Origin: Acidobacteriota bacterium
Lineage (GTDB): Bacteria; Acidobacteriota; Thermoanaerobaculia; Multivoradales; DATKCC01
Length of the DNA stretch: 32,071 bases
Direction: 5' to 3'
Assembly: GCA_050050355.1 (NCBI GenBank)
Contig: JASFUJ010000001.1
Coordinates: forward strand, 1 to 32,071
The notes under the pieces were generated by a model. It saw nothing but the letters and a program-made list of their open reading frames with translations. It did no database searches and was not told the origin of the DNA. Shown in pieces: positions 6,990-13,497 of this stretch. Position numbers and translations under genes: made by a program. Numbering within the stretch: the stretch's first letter is position 1; each line of letters begins with the position of its first letter.

Positions 6990-7868
6990 TTAATCGTTGT
7001 TTAATTCATCGTTTACAAATGACTTTAATTGAAGCCTATATTCAGAACGTTCTTCTTCTTCGGTTTCCATTAAGTAAGAATAAGCTTCTTCGTCAAATAT
7101 GTCGTTGATTGCATCAAGACAAAGACGTTGAAGTTTCTTAGGGTCAACCGCGTCAAGTTCAACTTGTCCAAGACCGTCCCAGTTCGCGGTTCTTGAATCT
7201 GTTTTTTTAGCTGGCGCGGGCGGCAAGTTCCATTCAACGACCTGTTCTTCAAGCAAGGCAATTCTTTTGACTTCAACTGTTACGCCTAAGTCAATAAAGT
7301 TTTGTTGAATACTTCGGGGAATATCTTCGCCGCTGGGGTCATAGTCCCCAAAATATAAAATAATTGGAATTTTGCCTTCGTTTCTGGCAAGCTTAAACCG
7401 CTTTGAAGCGTCGTAAAGAAAAGTTAAAGACGGATAACCTTTGCACGGGGAAAGCGCAACGTCCATTTCGTCGCAAGGGCTTTGAAAAACACCTTGAAGG
7501 GCTTTCTTTTCGATAAATACTTCAGGGTAATAAGATTGATTTTCCCAACGGTTTTTTGAATAGTGGTTCATCCATGCGCGAAGCTGGCGTTTTGCGTAAC
7601 TTACAGAACTTTCAACAGTTGTTTCTTCATAATCTGTAAAGCCAATTGTTTCGCGGTCGTTGTCTGAAAATGTGTCGAAGTCAACAAGACCTTGCCAGCG
7701 GGCTTGAATCATAGCGTTTACAACGCGTTTGTAATGCTGGATTGTGTTTGTCATTCCGCGCGCAACAAGTCTATAATGAAGCCCGCGAATAGTTAAAACG
7801 CCCTTTTCATATTGTTCAATTTCTTCAAGCGCGTTTTCAGTTATCCAAGTACGATTAAATTTATCCAT
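6990..7868 (-). CDS. Top6A/Spo11-like protein (winged-helix Tyr motif + Toprim domain); JetD-like alternative
   Basis: TIRGLHYRLV provides the R..Y motif. VFIEKKALQGVF provides the Toprim Glu. CKGYPS matches the KGYPD signature. ILYFGDYDPSGEDI provides the Toprim DxD. VELDAV lies near the C-terminus. Confidence 0.55.
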   Translation of the reverse strand: MDKFNRTWITENALEEIEQYEKGVLTIRGLHYRLVARGMTNTIQHYKRVVNAMIQARWQGLVDFDTFSDNDRETIGFTDYEETTVESSVSYAKRQLRAWMNHYSKNRWENQSYYPEVFIEKKALQGVFQSPCDEMDVALSPCKGYPSLTFLYDASKRFKLARNEGKIPIILYFGDYDPSGEDIPRSIQQNFIDLGVTVEVKRIALLEEQVVEWNLPPAPAKKTDSRTANWDGLGQVELDAVDPKKLQRLCLDAINDIFDEEAYSYLMETEEEERSEYRLQLKSFVNDELNND

Positions 7869-7891
7869 AATTGAAAAATGATTGATTAATA

Positions 7892-7908
7892 ATAGTACAA
7901 AATTAAAC
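7892..7908 (-). promoter_or_regulatory. candidate early promoter (variant box GTTTAATTTTGTACTAT on minus strand)
   Basis: It contains an exact TAnnTTTG match, TAATTTTG (7898-7905), with TTTG exactly 19 nt upstream. The ATG at 7868 is about 30 nt downstream. Confidence 0.6.
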
Positions 7909-7944
7909 TAAATAATTGAAACACCAAATAAAAACAGTAAAAAA

Positions 7945-8112
7945 TTAAACCAGATAAATATTCGGGTAAAACTTACCTTCAGGACTAAATTCAAATTGAA
8001 CTTCTTTTGTGTCCGAATAGATTGAAACTGTTGTTCCGATTAAAGTATTTACTGAAGTAAAGTTGCAATTCATTTGTTTCAAGGTGTCCTTGAAGCGTTC
8101 TAAGTCTGTCAT
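7945..8112 (-). CDS. small hypothetical protein, 55 aa (below ORF-track cutoff)
   Basis: Hand translation gives MTDLERFKDTLKQMNCNFTSVNTLIGTTVSIYSDTKEVQFEFSPEGKFYPNIYLV. An ATGA start/stop overlap with the 8109..8594 gene suggests translational coupling. Confidence 0.6.
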   Translation of the reverse strand: MTDLERFKDTLKQMNCNFTSVNTLIGTTVSIYSDTKEVQFEFSPEGKFYPNIYLV

Positions 8113-8594
8113 ATATTTACGGTTGTTGAACGAATTAAAAAATCAAGTTTATAAGCTTTTGCTGGGTTCGCGTGAATCCATAAATGACCGCGACGGGACA
8201 CGGCAAGCCAGAAAGGAACGTAATTCAGAAGCTTTCCTTTTCGTCCCGCTTTGTGATGAACTTCACGGGCTTTTATTAAACCTTTATTCCTGAATATTTC
8301 ATTCGGATTGTGAACTTCTGACGGGTCAATTATGCCGTCAAATACAGCTTTACAGACAGGGCAATATTTATTTTCTTCCTTTGACAAAAAAGTCTTTCGC
8401 TTTTTTGTGTAAGTATAGGATTCGCGCCGCCTTTTATCGCTTACCTGTTTAATCGGTTTACGTTTCTTATGTGGCTTGTCCTTCTGGTCTGCATAAGCGC
8501 AAGCTGGGGAACAATATTTGTCGGTTGACCTGTAAAGTTTGAATTCTTTGTTGCAACCCTTACGGGCGCAAATTCGAGTTGTTTTAAATTTCAT
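8109..8594 (-). CDS. NinG/Rap-like or HNH-type zinc-binding nuclease (candidate)
   Basis: It has an N-terminal CxxxC...CxxxC (CARKGCNKEF...YCSPACAYA), a basic linker, a second CPVC, and then EVHHKAGRKGKLL...HLWIH, an HNH-like His cluster. Confidence 0.5.
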   Translation of the reverse strand: MKFKTTRICARKGCNKEFKLYRSTDKYCSPACAYADQKDKPHKKRKPIKQVSDKRRRESYTYTKKRKTFLSKEENKYCPVCKAVFDGIIDPSEVHNPNEIFRNKGLIKAREVHHKAGRKGKLLNYVPFWLAVSRRGHLWIHANPAKAYKLDFLIRSTTVNI

Positions 8595-8734
8595 TTGCTT
8601 TCGTCTTTTTTAAATATTGGTTCGTTGTAATCTTTAGTCATTAATTCATAGAATTCAATTAAGTCGTCGATTCTTGAATTATCAATATTCGGATTCTTTT
8701 CGAGTTCCGAACGAATGTCTGAAATTTTAGTCAT
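8591..8734 (-). CDS. small hypothetical protein, 47 aa (below ORF-track cutoff)
   Basis: Hand translation gives MTKISDIRSELEKNPNIDNSRIDDLIEFYELMTKDYNEPIFKKDESK. It has a TAATG overlap with the upstream gene and an ATGA overlap with the downstream gene. Confidence 0.6.
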   Translation of the reverse strand: MTKISDIRSELEKNPNIDNSRIDDLIEFYELMTKDYNEPIFKKDESK

Positions 8735-8955
8735 TATTTCAATATAGGGTATTTAATAAAGTAAAAGTCTTTTACATTATAATCAACGAACAAATCGGGG
8801 GTCGTTTTCCTTACTTCTTTTAAAAGACGGATATTATCAAGAAGGAAAAGCTTTTTGAAGAAGCGTTCTTTTAAATGTTCAGGAATAACAAGCTGACGCG
8901 TATATAATTCTATAAGCTGACGCTTGTTTATTTGGATTTTAACAAAGCTTATCAT
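8734..8955 (-). CDS. hypothetical protein
   Basis: 73-aa ORF. It is the first gene downstream of the palindromic box at 9002-9021. Confidence 0.6.
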   Translation of the reverse strand: MISFVKIQINKRQLIELYTRQLVIPEHLKERFFKKLFLLDNIRLLKEVRKTTPDLFVDYNVKDFYFIKYPILK

Positions 8956-9001
8956 TTTGAATAAAGGTTGATTTATGTTGATTATACGTAAACGAACTTA
9001 A

Positions 9002-9021
9002 AAGGTTTAAAATTAAACCTT
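9002..9021 (-). promoter_or_regulatory. candidate early promoter/operator, perfect 9+2+9 palindrome AAGGTTTAA-aa-TTAAACCTT
   Basis: It contains the identical 17-mer box, and here the inverted repeat is complete. It overlaps the stop codon of the RHH ORF (9013-9015) and lies 47 nt upstream of the ATG at 8955. Confidence 0.5.
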
Positions 9022-9192
9022 CTTTCGTAAATCAGAAATAAGGATTTTAGAACCGCTATGTTGTTTTATATAATTCCGAATGAATTTATAAAGTTCCTGA
9101 CTGGGGTTCGAAAAGTTTTCCTTGCAAAGTTCTTCAAATTGAATTTTGATTTCTTCTTCGACTTTGCAGTTGATTATTTTGTCTTTTGGCAT
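9013..9192 (-). CDS. ribbon-helix-helix (Arc/CopG-like) protein, 59 aa (below ORF-track cutoff)
   Basis: Hand translation gives MPKDKIINCKVEEEIKIQFEELCKENFSNPSQELYKFIRNYIKQHSGSKILISDLRKKV. The layout is a beta strand (KIINCKV) followed by two helices. It overlaps the upstream gene by 19 nt. Confidence 0.55.
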   Translation of the reverse strand: MPKDKIINCKVEEEIKIQFEELCKENFSNPSQELYKFIRNYIKQHSGSKILISDLRKKV

Positions 9193-9419
9193 GGTGTAAG
9201 CTGTTTTAATAAATTATGAATTCCACGACCGTCTTTTATTCCTTTTCCAGAGAACCAGCCAGTATAAGGAAAAACGGAAATTTCACTTCCTTTATAGTAG
9301 AATTTTAGTGTTGTATCACTGTGGTAATGTATTTCAAAGCCACGCGACACAATTTGTTCGTAAGCGTATTCAAGTCGCTTCGGTTGTTCTTCGGTCTTCT
9401 TGATTTCTATATGCGACAT
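9174..9419 (-). CDS. hypothetical protein
   Basis: 81-aa ORF with a 1-nt gap to the upstream gene. Confidence 0.7.
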   Translation of the reverse strand: MSHIEIKKTEEQPKRLEYAYEQIVSRGFEIHYHSDTTLKFYYKGSEISVFPYTGWFSGKGIKDGRGIHNLLKQLTPCQKTK

Positions 9420-9420
9420 T

Positions 9421-9774
9421 TTACAGTTCTTTAACGGTTCTTAATTTTAAAGCCTTTATAAAGTCAGCGTTCATCTTTGGCGAATCTTCGGTATAAATTA
9501 AAAGGTTAAATCTTAAACCGAATAAGCTTGTTGATTCATTGACTAAAATAGTCGTATGATGTTTATTGACTTCTTTGAAGTGTTCGAAATGTTCTTCGTC
9601 ATTCGAAACGAATCCGATTATAAGACTTTTGCCTTCAATCGGTAATGAATGATAATTGTTCATAATAATTGATTCGCCGTTATAGTGCTTATGAAAAGCC
9701 CGACGCGCGTCGCCTTCTGTTCTTGCGCTAATGATAGAACCGTGAAAAGTTCCAGTAACTACATAAGTATTCAT
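9421..9774 (-). CDS. hypothetical protein
   Basis: 117-aa ORF in operon packing. Confidence 0.7.
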   Translation of the reverse strand: MNTYVVTGTFHGSIISARTEGDARRAFHKHYNGESIIMNNYHSLPIEGKSLIIGFVSNDEEHFEHFKEVNKHHTTILVNESTSLFGLRFNLLIYTEDSPKMNADFIKALKLRTVKEL

Positions 9775-9785
9775 ATAAATTGATT

Positions 9786-9938
9786 TTAATTATAAGATAC
9801 AGACCAATACAGAACAGCAAATTCTTTCGGGTGCTTGTCTTTCCGTTCAAAGAATTCAGCTTCATAGGAAGCCAGAAAAGCGAAATCCCGAAGAACTTGT
9901 TTGTCTGGAATACATTGTTTAAACCTAATGTTCGACAT
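9786..9938 (-). CDS. small hypothetical protein, 50 aa (below ORF-track cutoff)
   Basis: Hand translation gives MSNIRFKQCIPDKQVLRDFAFLASYEAEFFERKDKHPKEFAVLYWSVSYN. It starts 2 nt after the upstream stop and fills the gap exactly. Confidence 0.55.
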   Translation of the reverse strand: MSNIRFKQCIPDKQVLRDFAFLASYEAEFFERKDKHPKEFAVLYWSVSYN

Positions 9939-9940
9939 AA

Positions 9941-10234
9941 TTAAACTTTTGCTTGTTGCTTCACGCGGCTTTTATCAAGCTTTATGTCTTCGACCTGAAC
10001 AACAACAGGAAGTTCTTTTTCTTGTTCCAGTTCTTTCAATGCTTCCTTCAATGGAACTTCGAAAGAATTGACGAAGCGGGTTCTTCCTTCGCCGTTACAA
10101 GCTGGACAATCTTCAACGAACTTCATTTTGCGGAATACGCGCGTCTTTGTTCCAGTTCCGTCGCAAACAGCACAAGTCGCGTAAGTGAAGACTTTCTTCA
10201 CAACAACGAATTCATGATTATTATTTGACGTCAT
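9941..10234 (-). CDS. DnaJ-type (CxxCxGxG x2) zinc-finger protein; first gene of leftward arm
   Basis: CAVCDGTGTK and CPACNGEGRT are two CxxCxGxG repeats, as in the DnaJ cysteine-rich domain. Confidence 0.7.
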   Translation of the reverse strand: MTSNNNHEFVVVKKVFTYATCAVCDGTGTKTRVFRKMKFVEDCPACNGEGRTRFVNSFEVPLKEALKELEQEKELPVVVQVEDIKLDKSRVKQQAKV

Positions 10235-10250
10235 TTTACTAATTTTTACT

Positions 10251-10267
10251 AAGGTTTGAAATTGAAC
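10251..10267 (-). promoter_or_regulatory. degenerate copy of the early box (GTTCAATTTCAAACCTT on minus strand)
   Basis: It matches the 17-mer at 15 of 17 positions and lies 16 nt upstream of the ATG at 10234. Confidence 0.4.
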
Positions 10268-10350
10268 CGAATAAAAATATTAATTCACAAACCTTAAAAA
10301 TAATAAACAATATTGTTAAAAGTTGAAATAACCTGAAATAAAGCACGTTA

Positions 10351-10390
10351 GCAAAACAACAGGTAAAACAACGTAAAACAAAGTAAAACA
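10351..10390 (+). repeat. phased 10-bp direct repeats G(C/T)AAAACAA x4
   Basis: gcaaaaca is at 10351, and gtaaaaca is at 10363, 10373 and 10383. The last three are exactly 10 bp apart. Confidence 0.85.
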
Positions 10391-10439
10391 AAAATAATGA
10401 AACCAACAAATTGACGTGAATAAATAGTTTAAAATTATT

Positions 10440-10469
10440 CTTGAATGTTTGTTTGTTAATATATATTTG
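10440..10469 (+). promoter_or_regulatory. candidate rightward (structural arm) promoter
   Basis: CTTG (10440-10443), an 18-nt spacer and TATATTTG (10462-10469) give an exact TAnnTTTG match. The box ends 5 nt before the ATG at 10475, implying a very short or absent leader. Confidence 0.4.
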
Positions 10470-10474
10470 CCTAC

Positions 10475-11845
10475 ATGAAAGCGACAATTTATATTTCTGG
10501 TAAGATTGGCAAGGGAACGACGCTTGTTGATGTTATTCGTCAATTCAAGTCGTTTGAAGACCCGACTGAAGTCGAAGCTTTTATTCATTCCGAAGGTGGA
10601 AACGTTGAAGAAGGCGACGGAATTTACAACTATTTAAAAGGTCTTGACAAAACGATTCCAGTTAGAACAGTTACAGACAAAGCTTATTCAATCGCTGCAA
10701 AGATTTTTGCTGCTGGACGTGAAAGGATTGTTGAAGATGTTGACAAAGCTTTAATGATTCATTTTGCTTGGGCTAAGGTTGAAGGTAACGCCGACAAGCT
10801 TGAACTTGTTGCTGAAGCTTTACGGGAACTTGAAGACGAATTCGCGACGTTTTATTCTGAATTTCTGGACGTGGACGAAATAACCGTTCGGAATCTTCTT
10901 GACAATGAAACTTTTGTTTCTGGAACTGAAGCGGTCGAACTTGGATTTGCTACACAAGTAAAAGTTGCCGCTGAAGCGGTGGCTGAATTAAATATTCATA
11001 AATCAAATTTTAATAAGATGACTGAAAAATCAAAGAAAAACAAAGGTTTGGCTTTGCTTCAAGCAATGGCTGAATTTGTTGGCATTGAATTAAAGACGAA
11101 AGACGTCGAAGTCAACGCTGAAATGACGCTTCAGGATTCTAACGGAACGGAAATTGTATTTCCTGACCTTGACAGCGGGGACACCCCGAAAGTCGGGGAC
11201 GCGGCAACAATTGACGGTTCAGCAATTCCAGACGGTTCTTATATTATGCCTTCGCTTGAAGAAGCAACGGTTGTATTTACCGACGGGAAAATTTCTGAAA
11301 TTATACCGAAAGAAGACCCTGAAGAAGAAACTGACACAGAAGCCCAAGCTTCAGCGAAAAAGAAAGGCGAAAAGAAGCCTGAAGTTAACGCTGAAGAAAT
11401 AAAAGAAGTTTCTATCTGGTCTGTTGAGGTTACGAATACAACGTTCGAAGTCGGCGAAACTGTAATGTATCAATACGACGGCGAAAGTTATCCAGTTTCA
11501 GCGGGTGAATTCCGATTGAATGACGGAACGAAAATTGTTACTGACGCGTCTGGCGTAATTGTATCAAAAGAAGAAGCTGGCACGGCTGAACCGCCTGTTG
11601 AAGCTGAAGCTTCTTTTGACAAACTACTTGAAAAGGTTACTGAAAAAGTAACTTCGAAAGTTACCGCTGAAATAAACGCTGAATTTGAAGCTAAGTTGAC
11701 CAAGAAGGATAACGAAATAAAAGCTTTAAAGGCTAAAATAGGCGGAAAAGAAATCAACGCTGAAGAAAAAAACGTTGATACTTCGAAAGAAGAAAAACCG
11801 AATTATCAAGCATCCGTTTTGTTAAGGCGGACAAAACAAAAATAA
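10475..11845 (+). CDS. ClpP-like (S14) prohead protease fused to an acidic scaffold-like C-terminal region
   Basis: IYISGKIG...EAFIHSEGGNVEEGDGIYNYL...DKAYSIAAKIFAAG...ALMIHFAW follows the ClpP blocks (I-x-L-x-G-x-I, N-S-x-G-G, catalytic Ser in A-x-S-x-A, His in M-I-H). The remaining roughly 280 aa are E/K/T-rich. Confidence 0.8.
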   Translation: MKATIYISGKIGKGTTLVDVIRQFKSFEDPTEVEAFIHSEGGNVEEGDGIYNYLKGLDKTIPVRTVTDKAYSIAAKIFAAGRERIVEDVDKALMIHFAWAKVEGNADKLELVAEALRELEDEFATFYSEFLDVDEITVRNLLDNETFVSGTEAVELGFATQVKVAAEAVAELNIHKSNFNKMTEKSKKNKGLALLQAMAEFVGIELKTKDVEVNAEMTLQDSNGTEIVFPDLDSGDTPKVGDAATIDGSAIPDGSYIMPSLEEATVVFTDGKISEIIPKEDPEEETDTEAQASAKKKGEKKPEVNAEEIKEVSIWSVEVTNTTFEVGETVMYQYDGESYPVSAGEFRLNDGTKIVTDASGVIVSKEEAGTAEPPVEAEASFDKLLEKVTEKVTSKVTAEINAEFEAKLTKKDNEIKALKAKIGGKEINAEEKNVDTSKEEKPNYQASVLLRRTKQK

Positions 11846-11870
11846 TTATTAATTAAAAAAACTTTGAACA

Positions 11871-12785
11871 ATGGCTTACGATGTTTCAAGCTTTACAGAT
11901 TATGTCGGTCGTGAAAATGAATTTCTGACCGCAACGCTTTTTTCTGGCGGTGATACAGGAAAGTTCGCCCGCTTTATGACGGGTGTAAAAGGAAAAGATT
12001 CGATTCCTAAAATCGACGGCGACGCAACAATTCAGAAAGGTACTTGCAAAACACCTTCAGGAACTACGACCGTAACTGAATACTTCATTGAAGTTCAGCA
12101 ATGGGAATATTACGAAGGATTCTGCGAAGACGACCTTCAAAAGAAATTCCCGAATACTGTATTCGCCCCCGGTTCTTCAAACGCTGACGCGCCCCCACAA
12201 TGGCAAGAAACCGTTGTTGACGTGAAAGTTGCTTCTATTCAGAAGACGCTTGAATTGACTTATTGGCAAGGCGACACAACTGGAACTTACACCTTATTTG
12301 ACGGTTTTATTAAGAAGATTGACGCGGACGGAAACGCAATCGACGGAAATACTTCTTCGGCAACCGCAATCACTAAGGCGAATGTTATCGGTCTTGTTGA
12401 CGACATGATTGTTGCCGCCCCTGTTGATACTAAGGAAGCGGACGACTTTCAAATTCTTGTCGGAAACGACGTGTTTGATTTATATATTCAGGCTGTAAAA
12501 GATGCAAATAACTACCATTACAACGCCGAAAATGACGGTAATACTTACATGATTGGCGGTTCTGGTAAAATGTTGCGTAAAGTTCGCGGCTTGAATGGAA
12601 CTGACAGAATGTTCGCGGCTCGCGGTGCTTTCTTCGTTGTAGGAATGGACGTTGAAGACGAACAGACTTTAATTAAAATCTGGTATTCTGAAGACGACGA
12701 CAAAGTTTACTTCAGGACAAAAGCGAAGTCTGGCGTTACCCCTGTGAATATTGACGAAATGGTTGAATTTACGCTTGTTCCGTAA
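11871..12785 (+). CDS. major capsid protein (candidate)
   Basis: 304 aa. It lies directly after the protease/scaffold gene and is followed by a hairpin terminator. I did not verify a diagnostic motif by eye. Confidence 0.65.
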   Translation: MAYDVSSFTDYVGRENEFLTATLFSGGDTGKFARFMTGVKGKDSIPKIDGDATIQKGTCKTPSGTTTVTEYFIEVQQWEYYEGFCEDDLQKKFPNTVFAPGSSNADAPPQWQETVVDVKVASIQKTLELTYWQGDTTGTYTLFDGFIKKIDADGNAIDGNTSSATAITKANVIGLVDDMIVAAPVDTKEADDFQILVGNDVFDLYIQAVKDANNYHYNAENDGNTYMIGGSGKMLRKVRGLNGTDRMFAARGAFFVVGMDVEDEQTLIKIWYSEDDDKVYFRTKAKSGVTPVNIDEMVEFTLVP

Positions 12786-12812
12786 TTGGATTTATATTGA
12801 TTGATTGATTTG

Positions 12813-12840
12813 GAAGCCCGACGCGTTCGGGTTTCCTTTC
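12813..12840 (+). terminator. hairpin terminator/attenuator after the capsid gene
   Basis: The 9-bp stem pairs gaagcccga (12813-12821) with tcgggtttc (12827-12835), including one G-U pair, around the loop cgcgt. The trailing ctttc is a weak T-tract. Confidence 0.5.
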
Positions 12841-12870
12841 AAAAGTTAAACCTTAAAAAAATTTGAAATT

Positions 12871-13449
12871 ATGGCTTGCGCTAATAAAGTAACAGCAGAC
12901 ATTTTATTTGATTGTGCAGACGCGCCGAAAAAAGGTATTGACGGCGGGAAAGCTGTTCTAATCAACTGGGACGACATAGACCGTGCCGCGTCAACTGTAA
13001 ACGGTTCGATTGTAACCGATTTAGTTTTGAAGTCTGGCACTTCAGGAATTTCGATTTCTTGGTATAAAGATTTAGCCAGCGCGAACAGTTCTTTCGCACC
13101 GAACACCGAAGACGTTGACGGATTCCTTCAGAACTTTCTTTGTAGATTGGCAACAACAACAGCCGAACACGCTGAACGTGCAAACGAACTGAAACAAGGT
13201 CGTTTTGTGGTTGTTTACGAATCGAAATACAAAGGCGTTGATTTAGACGACGCGTTCAAAGTTCGTGGCTGGGATTGTGGTTTAAAGCTGTCAGAAATGA
13301 CAGAAAACACCCTTGAAAATTCTGGAAGTATATTGTTTACCCTTGCGACTGAAGAAGGGGACGTTGAACAATATCCTTATAACATTTTCCTTGAAACTGA
13401 TTACGCAACTTCAAAAGCTTCTTTTGACGCTTTATTTGCGGTCGTATAA
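12871..13449 (+). CDS. abundant-virion-protein candidate (major tail/tube or decoration); function unknown
   Basis: 192 aa. It is bracketed by hairpins on both sides directly after the capsid gene, a position typical of highly expressed structural genes. Confidence 0.4.
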   Translation: MACANKVTADILFDCADAPKKGIDGGKAVLINWDDIDRAASTVNGSIVTDLVLKSGTSGISISWYKDLASANSSFAPNTEDVDGFLQNFLCRLATTTAEHAERANELKQGRFVVVYESKYKGVDLDDAFKVRGWDCGLKLSEMTENTLENSGSILFTLATEEGDVEQYPYNIFLETDYATSKASFDALFAVV

Positions 13450-13453
13450 TATA

Positions 13454-13486
13454 AAGCGGGATAACGTCAAATTGTCCCGCTTTTAA
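13454..13486 (+). terminator. rho-independent terminator
   Basis: A perfect 8-bp stem pairs aagcggga (13454-13461) with tcccgctt (13475-13482), and T residues follow. Confidence 0.65.
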
Positions 13487-13497
13487 TACTTTTAATT

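Larger units (their letters stand above)
10235..10474. promoter_or_regulatory. divergent control region between the leftward and rightward arms
   Basis: This is the longest non-coding stretch, is AT-rich and contains several repeat families (see findings). The two track ORFs here (10239..10487 and 10316..10588) are low-complexity hydrophobic artefacts. Confidence 0.8.

Noticed and set aside
7841-7869. I noted two DnaA-box-like 9-mers 20 bp apart (TTATCCAAG at 7841-7849 and TTATCCATA at 7861-7869) as possible targets of the DnaA-domain-IV-like protein.
   Set aside because: They have two mismatches and one mismatch respectively to TTATCCACA, lie mostly within coding sequence, and I found no further copies. 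This is too weak to call without a statistical scan.
9105-9112. I checked a GGTTCGAA string (there is another in TerL near 22571) as a possible tRNA T-arm.
   Set aside because: No acceptor, D or anticodon stems can be drawn around either site, and both lie inside well-supported coding frames.
1710-10234. I looked for a lysogeny module (integrase, CI/Cro-type switch, excisionase) in the leftward arm.
   Set aside because: No tyrosine or serine recombinase motifs or ORFs of suitable size were found. The small HTH and RHH proteins alone do not justify calling the phage temperate.
10351-10390. I checked whether the short tandem repeats form a CRISPR-like array.
   Set aside because: The period is only 10 bp with no spacers, so these are phased binding-site-type repeats and not a CRISPR array.
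10239-10588. The track lists ORFs 10239..10487 and 10316..10588 on the minus strand in the control region.
   Set aside because: They lie in AT-rich repeat-containing intergenic DNA, and one runs antisense into the protease gene. The products are implausible F/L/I/C-rich strings.
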